Assembly: GCA_942493365.1 (NCBI GenBank) | Contig: OW818697.1 | Span: forward strand, 1,512,668 to 1,576,667 | Length of the DNA: 64,000 nucleotides | Direction of reading: 5' to 3' | Source of the DNA: an uncultured Clostridiaceae bacterium | GTDB lineage: Bacteria > Bacillota > Clostridia > Saccharofermentanales > UBA5734 | Part shown: one piece after another, positions 30,878-38,609 of the stretch | Layout of the letters: each line of letters opens with the position of its first letter | How positions within the stretch are numbered: the stretch's first letter is position 1 | Position numbers and translations under genes: made by a program | Notes under the pieces: generated by a model | What the model was told of the DNA's origin: nothing | The model's database searches: none | The model's input: only the letters and a program-made list of their open reading frames with translations

Positions 30878-31384
30878 TTATGTTATAGTTTTCTCAAACA
30901 AAACAAACTGCCCCTTCCGGAAGTGAATCATCCCAGCCTGCAGATAACCGAAGGACTGATAGAATTTCAGGGCCTTGGGGTTTTGCGTGAAGGCATCGAG
31001 TCGAATGGTGGCGTAACCCTGATCGCGCAGCCGGTTCTCGGCATAGATCATCAGCTGACGCGCGATGCCTTGACGCTGAAAGTCGGGGTGGACGCACAGC
31101 CGGTGAATGGTGGCGATGGGTTGGGCGAGGCATTGCCAGTCGCCGCTGGCGTATTCATCGTCCTGAAAATCGTTGAGCACGATGGCCGCCACGATTTGGC
31201 CGTCGACGATGGCCAGATGCATCCAACGCTCGGCGATGTCGCGTTGCAGGGTAGGGGCATCCGGATAGAGGTCATCCCACTGATCAATGCCACCGGCCTG
31301 CATGGCTTGGATGGCGGCGGCGTACAATGCCAGCACGTTGTGCAGATCGTCATGGGTAGCGAGGCGAAAATTATGATTTAACAT
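30878..31384 (-). CDS. GNAT family N-acetyltransferase
   Basis: IHRLCVHPDFQRQGIA (Q/RxxGxA acetyl-CoA motif), IRLDAFTQNPKALKFYQSFGY; start probably MLNH at 31384. Confidence 0.92.
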   Translation of the reverse strand: MLNHNFRLATHDDLHNVLALYAAAIQAMQAGGIDQWDDLYPDAPTLQRDIAERWMHLAIVDGQIVAAIVLNDFQDDEYASGDWQCLAQPIATIHRLCVHPDFQRQGIARQLMIYAENRLRDQGYATIRLDAFTQNPKALKFYQSFGYLQAGMIHFRKGQFVLFEKTIT

Positions 31385-31410
31385 ATTATGATTTCCAGCA
31401 TAGCACGACA

Positions 31411-31620
31411 CTATTTGTAGGAGAAACGTTTCATGATCTTAAGCAAATTGTGCTTTTCAATCCATTCTTCGGTAAACCCACATTCGCAGCAAATATATCG
31501 TAGAACCCTAACTGATGAAAATAGGCCGACTAAAACTCTATTCTCAATTCGTGCTGGAAAGTCAGAAGCAATAACGATTTTCGTAGCATTACATTTTGGG
31601 CAAACATGTGTGTTTTTCAT
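31411..31620 (-). CDS. Small Zn-ribbon protein (CPKC...CCECG), 69 aa
   Basis: Two CxxC pairs; GGAGG SD. Confidence 0.8.
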   Translation of the reverse strand: MKNTHVCPKCNATKIVIASDFPARIENRVLVGLFSSVRVLRYICCECGFTEEWIEKHNLLKIMKRFSYK

Positions 31621-31632
31621 TGGCTACCTCCT

Positions 31633-31860
31633 TTATATCGAACCCAGCGAACCGGGCGTCTTGACCCAGGGCCGTTTTTGTAAATCTTTGATGAACAGGC
31701 GGGTAATCGTGCCGCAATCCAGGCAAAAATCGGAATAGGCCTGTGTGACGCCAACAAAAAGCCCCAGTTTGTAGCGTGGGCCAATGTTGCCGACTTCAGC
31801 CGTTTTACCCCAGGCGACGCCTTCCTCGATATTTTCACTGCCACAATATGGACATTTCAT
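31633..31860 (-). CDS. Small Zn-ribbon protein (CPYCG...CLDCG), 75 aa
   Basis: Two CxxC pairs; GGAGGTGA SD. Confidence 0.82.
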   Translation of the reverse strand: MKCPYCGSENIEEGVAWGKTAEVGNIGPRYKLGLFVGVTQAYSDFCLDCGTITRLFIKDLQKRPWVKTPGSLGSI

Positions 31861-31899
31861 GGGTCACCTCCAAGGATTTTGCTAACAGCATCATAACAT

Positions 31900-31935
31900 A
31901 AAAACAAGGTCTGCGGCGAACCGCAAACCTTGTTT
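31900..31935 (-). terminator. Intrinsic terminator downstream of tRNA-Pro
   Basis: AAACAAGGT...GCGG-CGAA-CCGC...ACCTTGTTT hairpin with A-run (U-tract on minus strand). Confidence 0.75.
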
Positions 31936-31936
31936 C

Positions 31937-32013
31937 TGGTCGGAGTGAGAAGACTTGAACTTCCGGCCTCTTGCACCCCAAGCAAGCACTCTAGCCAACT
32001 GAGCTACACCCCG
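31937..32013 (-). tRNA. tRNA-Pro(GGG)
   Basis: CGGGGTGTAGCTCAGTTGGCTAGAGTGCTTGCTTGGGGTGCAAGAGGCCGGAAGTTCAAGTCTTCTCACTCCGACCA; anticodon arm CTTGC-TTGGGGT-GCAAG; encoded CCA. Confidence 0.96.
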
Positions 32014-32025
32014 ACGACCTATCCA

Positions 32026-32054
32026 ATTTTAATGTCTGGCGCAGGCGCTGTCAA
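32026..32054 (-). promoter_or_regulatory. SigA promoter for tRNA-Pro
   Basis: TTGACA-N17-TAAAAT on minus strand. Confidence 0.85.
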
Positions 32055-32124
32055 GTGATTTCGGCTTGCCGTCAGCAATTGTTCATGTTAGGCTATGAAT
32101 AAACTTGCCAGTGGGGAGGGACCG

Positions 32125-34971
32125 ATGAACGCGAACATTTACCCCGGCCGTGAGACGCCGCCGGATTGGAATAATATCGATGTTTTGCAGCGCGACCGCC
32201 TGCCGGCGCGTGCTAATCTGGTGGTCTTTCCGGATCTGACGTCCTGCCGTCAAGCGATCACCGATCATCGGCGATACCTGACGCCCTACATCCAATTGCT
32301 CGATGAATGGGAGCTGCGCAGTTACGCGGATATTTTGCAGTTACCTGAAAGCATTCTGTCATTTCGCTCGGGTTTTGAACCGGCCGAGGTGCCGGGCGGC
32401 CAGGCGGTGGAGGTCGATGAATTCGCATTGCCGGGCGGTTATCCGTTTCCGGTGACGCCGCCGCTGGTGCCAGCGCAGCAGCCGGTGCTGGTCTATCGTC
32501 ACATCGGCCAGACGCCGCCCGACTGGACCAGCCTGCGCAAACGTATCGTGCTGCAGGGCGTGGCGGCGGCCTGCCACGTCTTCGTCAATGCGCGCTTGGT
32601 CGGCTACACGCAGGGCACTGGGCTGCCAGCCGAATTCGACATCACCCACGCGCTTCATGACGGCGACAACGAAATCTTCATATTGGTTTATCCGCATTGC
32701 AGCGGCAGTTATCTGGAAAAGCCCTCGACCGGCGTGCTAGGCCTGATCCGCGAGGTGTGGCTGGAGGCGGTGCCGTTGATCACGCTGCAGGATGTCGGGG
32801 TCCGCACCAGTGCCGTGCCGGACGGCAGCTGGCAGCTGGACCTGTCCGTCAGCTTGCTGTCGTGGCGCGCGGCGTTGGACAGCCCGACAGTTCGCCTCTC
32901 GCTTTGGCAGGGCGAGCAGTGCCTGTACGAATCGCGCTGGACGGTGCCGCTTCAGACTGCTGTGGATCAGACGTTTGGCTCGCCGGTGCAAGCGATCGGC
33001 CAACTGACCGCCCAGGCGCTCCTGGAAACCGTCGAGCCCTGGAACGACGAACACCCGGTCCTCTATGATCTGTACATCGAGGTCGACGACCCGGCCGGCC
33101 GCGCGCTGGCCTGCGCCCATCAGGCGGTCGGCTTTCGCGAGGTCCGCTGTCAGGCCGGGCGGCTGTTCCTCAACGGTCAACCGGTGCCGCTGCGGGCCGC
33201 CATCTGGCCGGCGACGATCGGCGGCGAGCTGACCGGCATCGCCATCCGCGAGATGATCGCGACGCTGCGCCACCTCAAGCAGAGCCATCTCAACGCCCTC
33301 TACATCCGCGACATCCCGGCTGACCCGATCCTGCTCGATCTGTGCGACATTTACGGTGTGCTGGTCATCGACGAGGCACCGCTGGACATCAGCCATGCGG
33401 CTCTGCAAATCGCGCTGCGCGAGGACCCGCGCTGGCGGGCGCTGGCGTTGGACCGCCTGGAGCGGCTGGTGCGGCGCGACTGCAACCACCCCAGCGTTGT
33501 GCTGTGGTCGGCGGGTTTGTTCCGCCAATCCAGCGCCTTCACCGTGCAGCTGACCGAGGCGCTGCGCCTGTGGGACGACAGCCGCCCGATTCATCTGGTC
33601 GATCTGGCCGATCTCAGCTTTGAAATCGACGCGCGCCAGGCCGGCGGCTTTGGCTTTTCCGAACAAACGCCCTGGCTGACCGACCCCAACGGCCCCGGTC
33701 AATGCTATCTGGTGCTGGACGATCAGGCGGCGGTGCTACTGCGCGAACTGCGCCAGCTGTTGCGGCCGCTGGAGATCGTCGCCCTCGACGCGCTGGGCGG
33801 CACCTTCACGCTCAAGAACCATCTGCGCTGGACCTCGGCGCGGCAATTCCGAGTCGACTGGTTGCTGTTGTGCAACGGCACCATGATCCTGAACGGCGAG
33901 ATCGACAGCATCGGCTGCCAGCCTGGTCAGGAACAGTTCATCCGGCTGGATTACGGCGCACAAGCCTTCGATGACGGCAACGAATATCTGCTGCGCTTTG
34001 AGCTGATTTATACCGACGACCTGCTGTGGGCGGCGTGCGGCGACGAGGCTTTTTTCTGCGAATTTATCCTGGCTCCGGCGGCGCGGCCCGATCTGGCGGC
34101 TCCCAGCCCCGCTGGCGGCAAGCTGCGGCTGGAAAGCGACCGCCACAATCTGATCGTGTCGGGCGCGCGTTTCTGGCTGATCATCAACCGCATCAACGGC
34201 GCGCTCGAGAGCTGGCGGGTGGGGGACAAGGAGCTGCTGGCCAGCCGCATCCAGACCAGCGGCCAGGCGGCGATGGGCCTGCAGCCCGAGGTCTGGCGTC
34301 AGCCAGACTTTTTCGACACCCTGTGGCTGCCCGAATGGCAGCAGGCCGGCCTCGACCGCCTGATGCCGCAGGTGATCGCCTGCCAGCCAACCTGCGACGG
34401 CCAGACCGCCGAGATCGAGATGGTCATCAGCTATGCCGCCACCGGCCAGCCAGCCTGCCTGGAAATCGTCAACCGCTACGACATCCGCGCCGCAGGCGAC
34501 CTGCGCGTCTTCACCCGCGTCCAACTGCTCGACGACAAACTGCCGCCGCTACCCTGCCTCGGCCTCAGCCTCAACCTCAACCGCCAGCTCGACGACATCC
34601 AGTGGTTTGGCAGCGGCCCTGAACACGGGCTGGCCAGCCAACACGCCAGCTGCCGCCGCGGCCTCTACGAGGGCTGGGAGGCCGACCCCGCCCAGGGCAT
34701 CCGCCTGCCCGGCGACCAACCGGGCCTCTACCCGGACACCGACTGGCTGTCCTGCAAAACCCCCAACGGCACCGGCCTGATCATCAGCGGCAGCGAACTC
34801 TTCGGCTTCGCCCTCACCCCGGTCGGCCAGGGTCTGTGGCCGGGGAGTGATGAGGCAGGTGAACTTGAGCGCAAGGCGCTGCGATTGCAGCTTTTTGCGC
34901 AGGCGTTGCCATTTGAGGAGGAACCGGTGAGTGAGGCTGGGTGGCATTTTGCGCCGTTTGGCGGGAAGTGA
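32125..34971 (+). CDS. LacZ/EbgA-like GH2 family protein with degenerate active site (probable pseudoenzyme), ~948 aa
   Basis: LacZ-like architecture (DWNNIDVLQRDRLPARA, LQGVAAACHVFVNARLVGY, EFDIT, VGFREV, RDCNHPSVVLWS, C-terminal small-chain-like domain) but catalytic motifs absent; ATG 32125 after GGGGAGGG. Confidence 0.85.
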   Translation: MNANIYPGRETPPDWNNIDVLQRDRLPARANLVVFPDLTSCRQAITDHRRYLTPYIQLLDEWELRSYADILQLPESILSFRSGFEPAEVPGGQAVEVDEFALPGGYPFPVTPPLVPAQQPVLVYRHIGQTPPDWTSLRKRIVLQGVAAACHVFVNARLVGYTQGTGLPAEFDITHALHDGDNEIFILVYPHCSGSYLEKPSTGVLGLIREVWLEAVPLITLQDVGVRTSAVPDGSWQLDLSVSLLSWRAALDSPTVRLSLWQGEQCLYESRWTVPLQTAVDQTFGSPVQAIGQLTAQALLETVEPWNDEHPVLYDLYIEVDDPAGRALACAHQAVGFREVRCQAGRLFLNGQPVPLRAAIWPATIGGELTGIAIREMIATLRHLKQSHLNALYIRDIPADPILLDLCDIYGVLVIDEAPLDISHAALQIALREDPRWRALALDRLERLVRRDCNHPSVVLWSAGLFRQSSAFTVQLTEALRLWDDSRPIHLVDLADLSFEIDARQAGGFGFSEQTPWLTDPNGPGQCYLVLDDQAAVLLRELRQLLRPLEIVALDALGGTFTLKNHLRWTSARQFRVDWLLLCNGTMILNGEIDSIGCQPGQEQFIRLDYGAQAFDDGNEYLLRFELIYTDDLLWAACGDEAFFCEFILAPAARPDLAAPSPAGGKLRLESDRHNLIVSGARFWLIINRINGALESWRVGDKELLASRIQTSGQAAMGLQPEVWRQPDFFDTLWLPEWQQAGLDRLMPQVIACQPTCDGQTAEIEMVISYAATGQPACLEIVNRYDIRAAGDLRVFTRVQLLDDKLPPLPCLGLSLNLNRQLDDIQWFGSGPEHGLASQHASCRRGLYEGWEADPAQGIRLPGDQPGLYPDTDWLSCKTPNGTGLIISGSELFGFALTPVGQGLWPGSDEAGELERKALRLQLFAQALPFEEEPVSEAGWHFAPFGGK

Positions 34972-35085
34972 AGGGTGTGAGAGTGAATGAAAATTATTCG
35001 CTGTGACTTTGCGCTACGAATGATTTTGACAAAAATTTATTAGTATGATATTTTGTATTAGTAGTAGTAATAAAATAAAAATATA

Positions 35086-35853
35086 ATGTTGGAGGTTGAT
35101 TATGAAAAAGGGTTAATAAATAATTCCGGTGAATATTATATTTATTATCCAGGTTTTCATGCAGTCGCAATAAAACCAGATAATAATGAAAAATATAAGG
35201 TGTATGAATTTACAAATGATGATTCTGTTAAAATAAAATTATCAACAACAATCGACCAAAATAAATCATTACAAAACGATAGTAATATTTCTCCACTTTC
35301 AACTGGCGTTCATTATAAGGTATTGTTAGGTGTACCAGATGCAAATTATACAGATTCATGTATTCCAACAGCTATAGGGAATATTATTGGTTATTGGGAC
35401 ACTCATGGATACCCAAATTTAATTATTTCACCAAAAAGTATTACCAATGCAATAAACGAAATAAATTCGAATTTAATATCTGAATGCGGAAACAATACTT
35501 CTAATAGCGCAATACCTGATGCTACTCAAAATTACTGTAGATCAACATCAAGATATCCAGCAAGATTTACAGTAACCAATCTTTGGAATCCAACGTTCGG
35601 AACATATATGTCGCAGATTACATATAACAGACCAACACTTGTTGGATTCGCATCTAATGGACCATATGGTGGTGCACATATGACTACTGGTGTTGGGTAC
35701 TATTATGATGATGCTTTTCCAAACGAAAAATATATTTATGTACATGATGCATGGCCCTCAACATCTATTGATTATATGGTCTTATGGGGGGTTACAATGA
35801 TTTTATTGCAAAAGTTATTCCATAACAGATTGAAATTTGTAATAATGGAATAA
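35086..35853 (+). CDS. AT-rich papain-like (C39-like) cysteine peptidase domain protein; both ends probably affected by homopolymer frameshifts
   Basis: SCIPTAIGNIIGYWD (Cys), GAHMTTGVGY (His), YIYVHDAW (Asp) in the order typical of C39-like triads. Confidence 0.7.
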   Translation: MLEVDYEKGLINNSGEYYIYYPGFHAVAIKPDNNEKYKVYEFTNDDSVKIKLSTTIDQNKSLQNDSNISPLSTGVHYKVLLGVPDANYTDSCIPTAIGNIIGYWDTHGYPNLIISPKSITNAINEINSNLISECGNNTSNSAIPDATQNYCRSTSRYPARFTVTNLWNPTFGTYMSQITYNRPTLVGFASNGPYGGAHMTTGVGYYYDDAFPNEKYIYVHDAWPSTSIDYMVLWGVTMILLQKLFHNRLKFVIME

Positions 35854-35877
35854 ATTATTTGTATGAGGTACATCATT

Positions 35878-36435
35878 ATGAAAAAAGTTTGTCGATTATC
35901 TTCAAAAATGATCATAATATCAATGTACATTCTATTTTCAATACTGCTGGTATTAACTGGCTGCACAGCAAAGCCAGAAGTTTCTATAACTAAAATTAGT
36001 GATCGGATTATCGAAGCATCAGAGCAACTAAATGATTTGCTAGATTTTGATTGGAATCAAATTAGCTCTATTACGATAAAAAAATATGTAGATGACGAAC
36101 AAATTGCTACAGCAACATTTCGCAAACAGGAAAATATCATCCAGATCAAAAACATATTCAATGAATTTACTGTTGTCCATAAAACTTCAGATAATACCAA
36201 TGCAGATTCCGAAAATGCAATTTATGAAATCAACTTTAACAATCTATCAGCCGAAAATAATAAGGAAATATTTCTGTCGATCGGACCAAAATATCAAAAT
36301 AATATGTTTGAAATTGGCGGATCATTTATTGATGCAAATTGGCTTGAACCACGCATTAGGCTTGTGCAAAACAACCAAAATATTTTATTTACTGATATTT
36401 CAGACCGTCTTGATTTATTAATATCAAATAATTAG
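35878..36435 (+). CDS. AT-rich putative lipoprotein of unknown function
   Basis: MKK...hydrophobic stretch...LTG-C lipobox; GAGG SD before ATG 35878. Confidence 0.75.
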   Translation: MKKVCRLSSKMIIISMYILFSILLVLTGCTAKPEVSITKISDRIIEASEQLNDLLDFDWNQISSITIKKYVDDEQIATATFRKQENIIQIKNIFNEFTVVHKTSDNTNADSENAIYEINFNNLSAENNKEIFLSIGPKYQNNMFEIGGSFIDANWLEPRIRLVQNNQNILFTDISDRLDLLISNN

Positions 36436-36564
36436 CACAGATTTATTGTCTTTGTCAAATTTCATCTTCATCAATAGTTTTTAAATACAATTACTATTTC
36501 ATACTATATATAAGCATAATGCTGTGATATATTTTCTGATAATGTGAGAAAAATCATTATCACT

Positions 36565-36597
36565 AAAAAAACAGAAGGCTTTCACCTTCTGTTTTTT
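36565..36597. terminator. Bidirectional terminator between the islet and tRNA-Trp
   Basis: AAAAAAACAGAAGG-loop-CCTTCTGTTTTTT. Confidence 0.85.
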
Positions 36598-36605
36598 CGC
36601 ATACT

Positions 36606-36680
36606 TGGCAGGGGAGACAGGGATCGAACCTGCAACCGACGGTTTTGGAGACCGTTGCTCTACCATTGAGCCACTCCCCT
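36606..36680 (-). tRNA. tRNA-Trp(CCA)
   Basis: AGGGGAGTGGCTCAATGGTAGAGCAACGGTCTCCAAAACCGTCGGTTGCAGGTTCGATCCCTGTCTCCCCTGCCA; anticodon arm ACGGT-CTCCAAA-ACCGT. Confidence 0.97.
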
Positions 36681-36694
36681 AAGTCGCGATGACA

Positions 36695-36723
36695 ATGATA
36701 TCATTCGGACCTTTTACTGTCAA
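36695..36723 (-). promoter_or_regulatory. SigA promoter for tRNA-Trp
   Basis: TTGACA-N17-TATCAT with TG extension on minus strand. Confidence 0.8.
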
Positions 36724-36806
36724 CCGGACGTTTGCATGTAATAGGACAGAATGTTATGATTGTTCTTATAAAAAATCACCGGCAAACAGACCGTGGGAGG
36801 GCATTT

Positions 36807-37622
36807 ATGAAACTGGCATTGATCGGAACCGGCAATATGGGACAGGCGCTGATCCGAGGCTTTTTGAATCAGAAATTACTGGCATCGGCCGATGTTCGGC
36901 TGTTCGATACCGACCTGGACAAAGCGAACGCCTTCGCGACCGCGATCGGCGCGTCAACCGCGGCCACGGCAGCCGAAGCGGTCGGCGGCGCGGACATTGT
37001 GCTGCTGGCCGTCAAGCCGCAGACCATCGAAGCGGCGGTGGCCACCTTTGCCGCACAGCTCAATGATAAAACCCTGCTGGTGTCGATTGCCGCCGGCGTC
37101 TCACTCAAGCGGCTGCGCCTGATGTCCGGCCCGCAGACGGCGATTGCCCGGGTTATGCCCAACACGCCGGCTTTGGTCGGCATGGGCGTCAGCGCCATCT
37201 GTTACGACCGCGCCAGCCAGCAGCAGCACCAAATGATCGAAAGCCTCTTGGGCAGCTGCGGCCTGGTGTTCCCGGTGCAAGAAAAAATGATGGACGCCGT
37301 GACCGGCCTCTCGGGCAGTGGACCGGCCTATGTCATGATGATCATCGAAGCACTGGCCGATGCCGGCGTGCACGAAGGCCTGGGCCGCGACATGGCCATC
37401 CAGATGGCCGCCATGACCCTGATGGGTTCGGCCAAGATGGTTCTGGAAACCGGATTGCACCCGGCCGTGCTGCGCGATCAGGTTTGTTCACCGGGCGGCA
37501 CCTCGATTGAGGGCGTGATGGTGCTCGAAGAAGAAGGCCTGCGTGCCGCCCTGATGAATGCCGTCTGCGCCGCCGCCGACAAGTCGCGCGAGATGCGTGA
37601 GCAGGCGGGTGACCATGCCTGA
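36807..37622 (+). CDS. proC: Pyrroline-5-carboxylate reductase
   Basis: IGTGNMG, AVKPQ, RVMPNTP, TGLSGSGPAY, VCSPGGTSI. Confidence 0.97.
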   Translation: MKLALIGTGNMGQALIRGFLNQKLLASADVRLFDTDLDKANAFATAIGASTAATAAEAVGGADIVLLAVKPQTIEAAVATFAAQLNDKTLLVSIAAGVSLKRLRLMSGPQTAIARVMPNTPALVGMGVSAICYDRASQQQHQMIESLLGSCGLVFPVQEKMMDAVTGLSGSGPAYVMMIIEALADAGVHEGLGRDMAIQMAAMTLMGSAKMVLETGLHPAVLRDQVCSPGGTSIEGVMVLEEEGLRAALMNAVCAAADKSREMREQAGDHA

Positions 37623-38076
37623 CAGCGTCGAGATCTACACCGACGGCGCCTGCTCCGGCAACCCCGGGCCGGGCGGCTGGGCCGCCATTCTGCGCGCCAA
37701 GGGCGTCGAAAAGGAAATCAGCGGCCACGAGCCGTCGACCACCAACAACCGCATGGAGTTGCGTGCCGTCATCGAAGCGCTGAGTTGCCTCAAGAAGCCC
37801 TGCCAGGTCCAGGTGTTCAGCGACAGTGCCTACGTCGTCTCGGCCTTCACCAAGGGCTGGCTCAACACTTGGCAAAAAAACGGCTGGCGCAACGCCTCCA
37901 ACGATCCGGTCAGCAACCCCGACCTCTGGCAGGCCCTGCTGGCCGCCTCGAGTATTCATCAGATCGAATGGATCAAGGTCAAGGGCCACGCCGACCACGA
38001 ACTCAACAACCGCTGCGACAAGCTGGCCGTGGCTGAAATCAAAAAACTCCGCGAGAAGGGTGACGCCGTTGTTTAG
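37615..38076 (+). CDS. rnhA: Ribonuclease HI
   Basis: YTDGACSGNPGPGG, TTNNRMEL, SDSAYV, WIKVKGHA, NNRCDKLA. Confidence 0.97.
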   Translation: MPDSVEIYTDGACSGNPGPGGWAAILRAKGVEKEISGHEPSTTNNRMELRAVIEALSCLKKPCQVQVFSDSAYVVSAFTKGWLNTWQKNGWRNASNDPVSNPDLWQALLAASSIHQIEWIKVKGHADHELNNRCDKLAVAEIKKLREKGDAVV

Positions 38077-38608
38077 TGAAAAAACCGTCCACAGCGAAAA
38101 AATATTCAGCGGTCGGGTCTTCGAAGTCGAAGTCCTGACCGTGCAACTGCACGACGGCCGTCCGGCCCGCCGCGAGATCGTTCGCCACAACGGCGGCGCC
38201 TGCGTCGTGGCTGTCGACGAAAACCGCCAGGTCTACTTGGTGCGCCAATTCCGCAAACCCTACGACGAAATGATGCTGGAGATCCCGGCCGGCAAGCTGG
38301 AAATCGGCGAGGATCCGGCCGAATGCGCCAAGCGCGAACTGACCGAGGAAACAGGTCTGACCGCCGCCAAAATCGAGTGGCTGACCACGATCTACCCCTC
38401 GCCCGGCTATTGCAGCGAGGTGCTGACCATTTATCTGGCCACCGGGCTGGCGCAGGGCGCTGCTGCGCCCGACGAGGGCGAACACCTGATCTGCCAGCGC
38501 ATGCCGCTCGACGTGCTGCTGCAGATGATTGATCGCGGCGAAATCCGCGACGCCAAGACCCAGGTCGGTCTGCTGGCGCTGGATCGCCGCCTGCGGGAGG
38601 GACGCTGA
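38060..38608 (+). CDS. NUDIX hydrolase (ADP-ribose pyrophosphatase-like)
   Basis: REIVRHNGG, RQFR, EIPAGKLE...AKRELTEETG, SPGY, DAKT; start uncertain (GTG 38060 or TTG 38069). Confidence 0.92.
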   Translation: MTPLFSEKTVHSEKIFSGRVFEVEVLTVQLHDGRPARREIVRHNGGACVVAVDENRQVYLVRQFRKPYDEMMLEIPAGKLEIGEDPAECAKRELTEETGLTAAKIEWLTTIYPSPGYCSEVLTIYLATGLAQGAAAPDEGEHLICQRMPLDVLLQMIDRGEIRDAKTQVGLLALDRRLREGR

Positions 38609-38609
38609 C

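Noticed and set aside
34960-35030. attL/attR duplication of the tRNA-Trp or tRNA-Pro 3' end
   Set aside because: No copy of either tRNA 3' end found by eye at the islet boundaries; no integrase in the window
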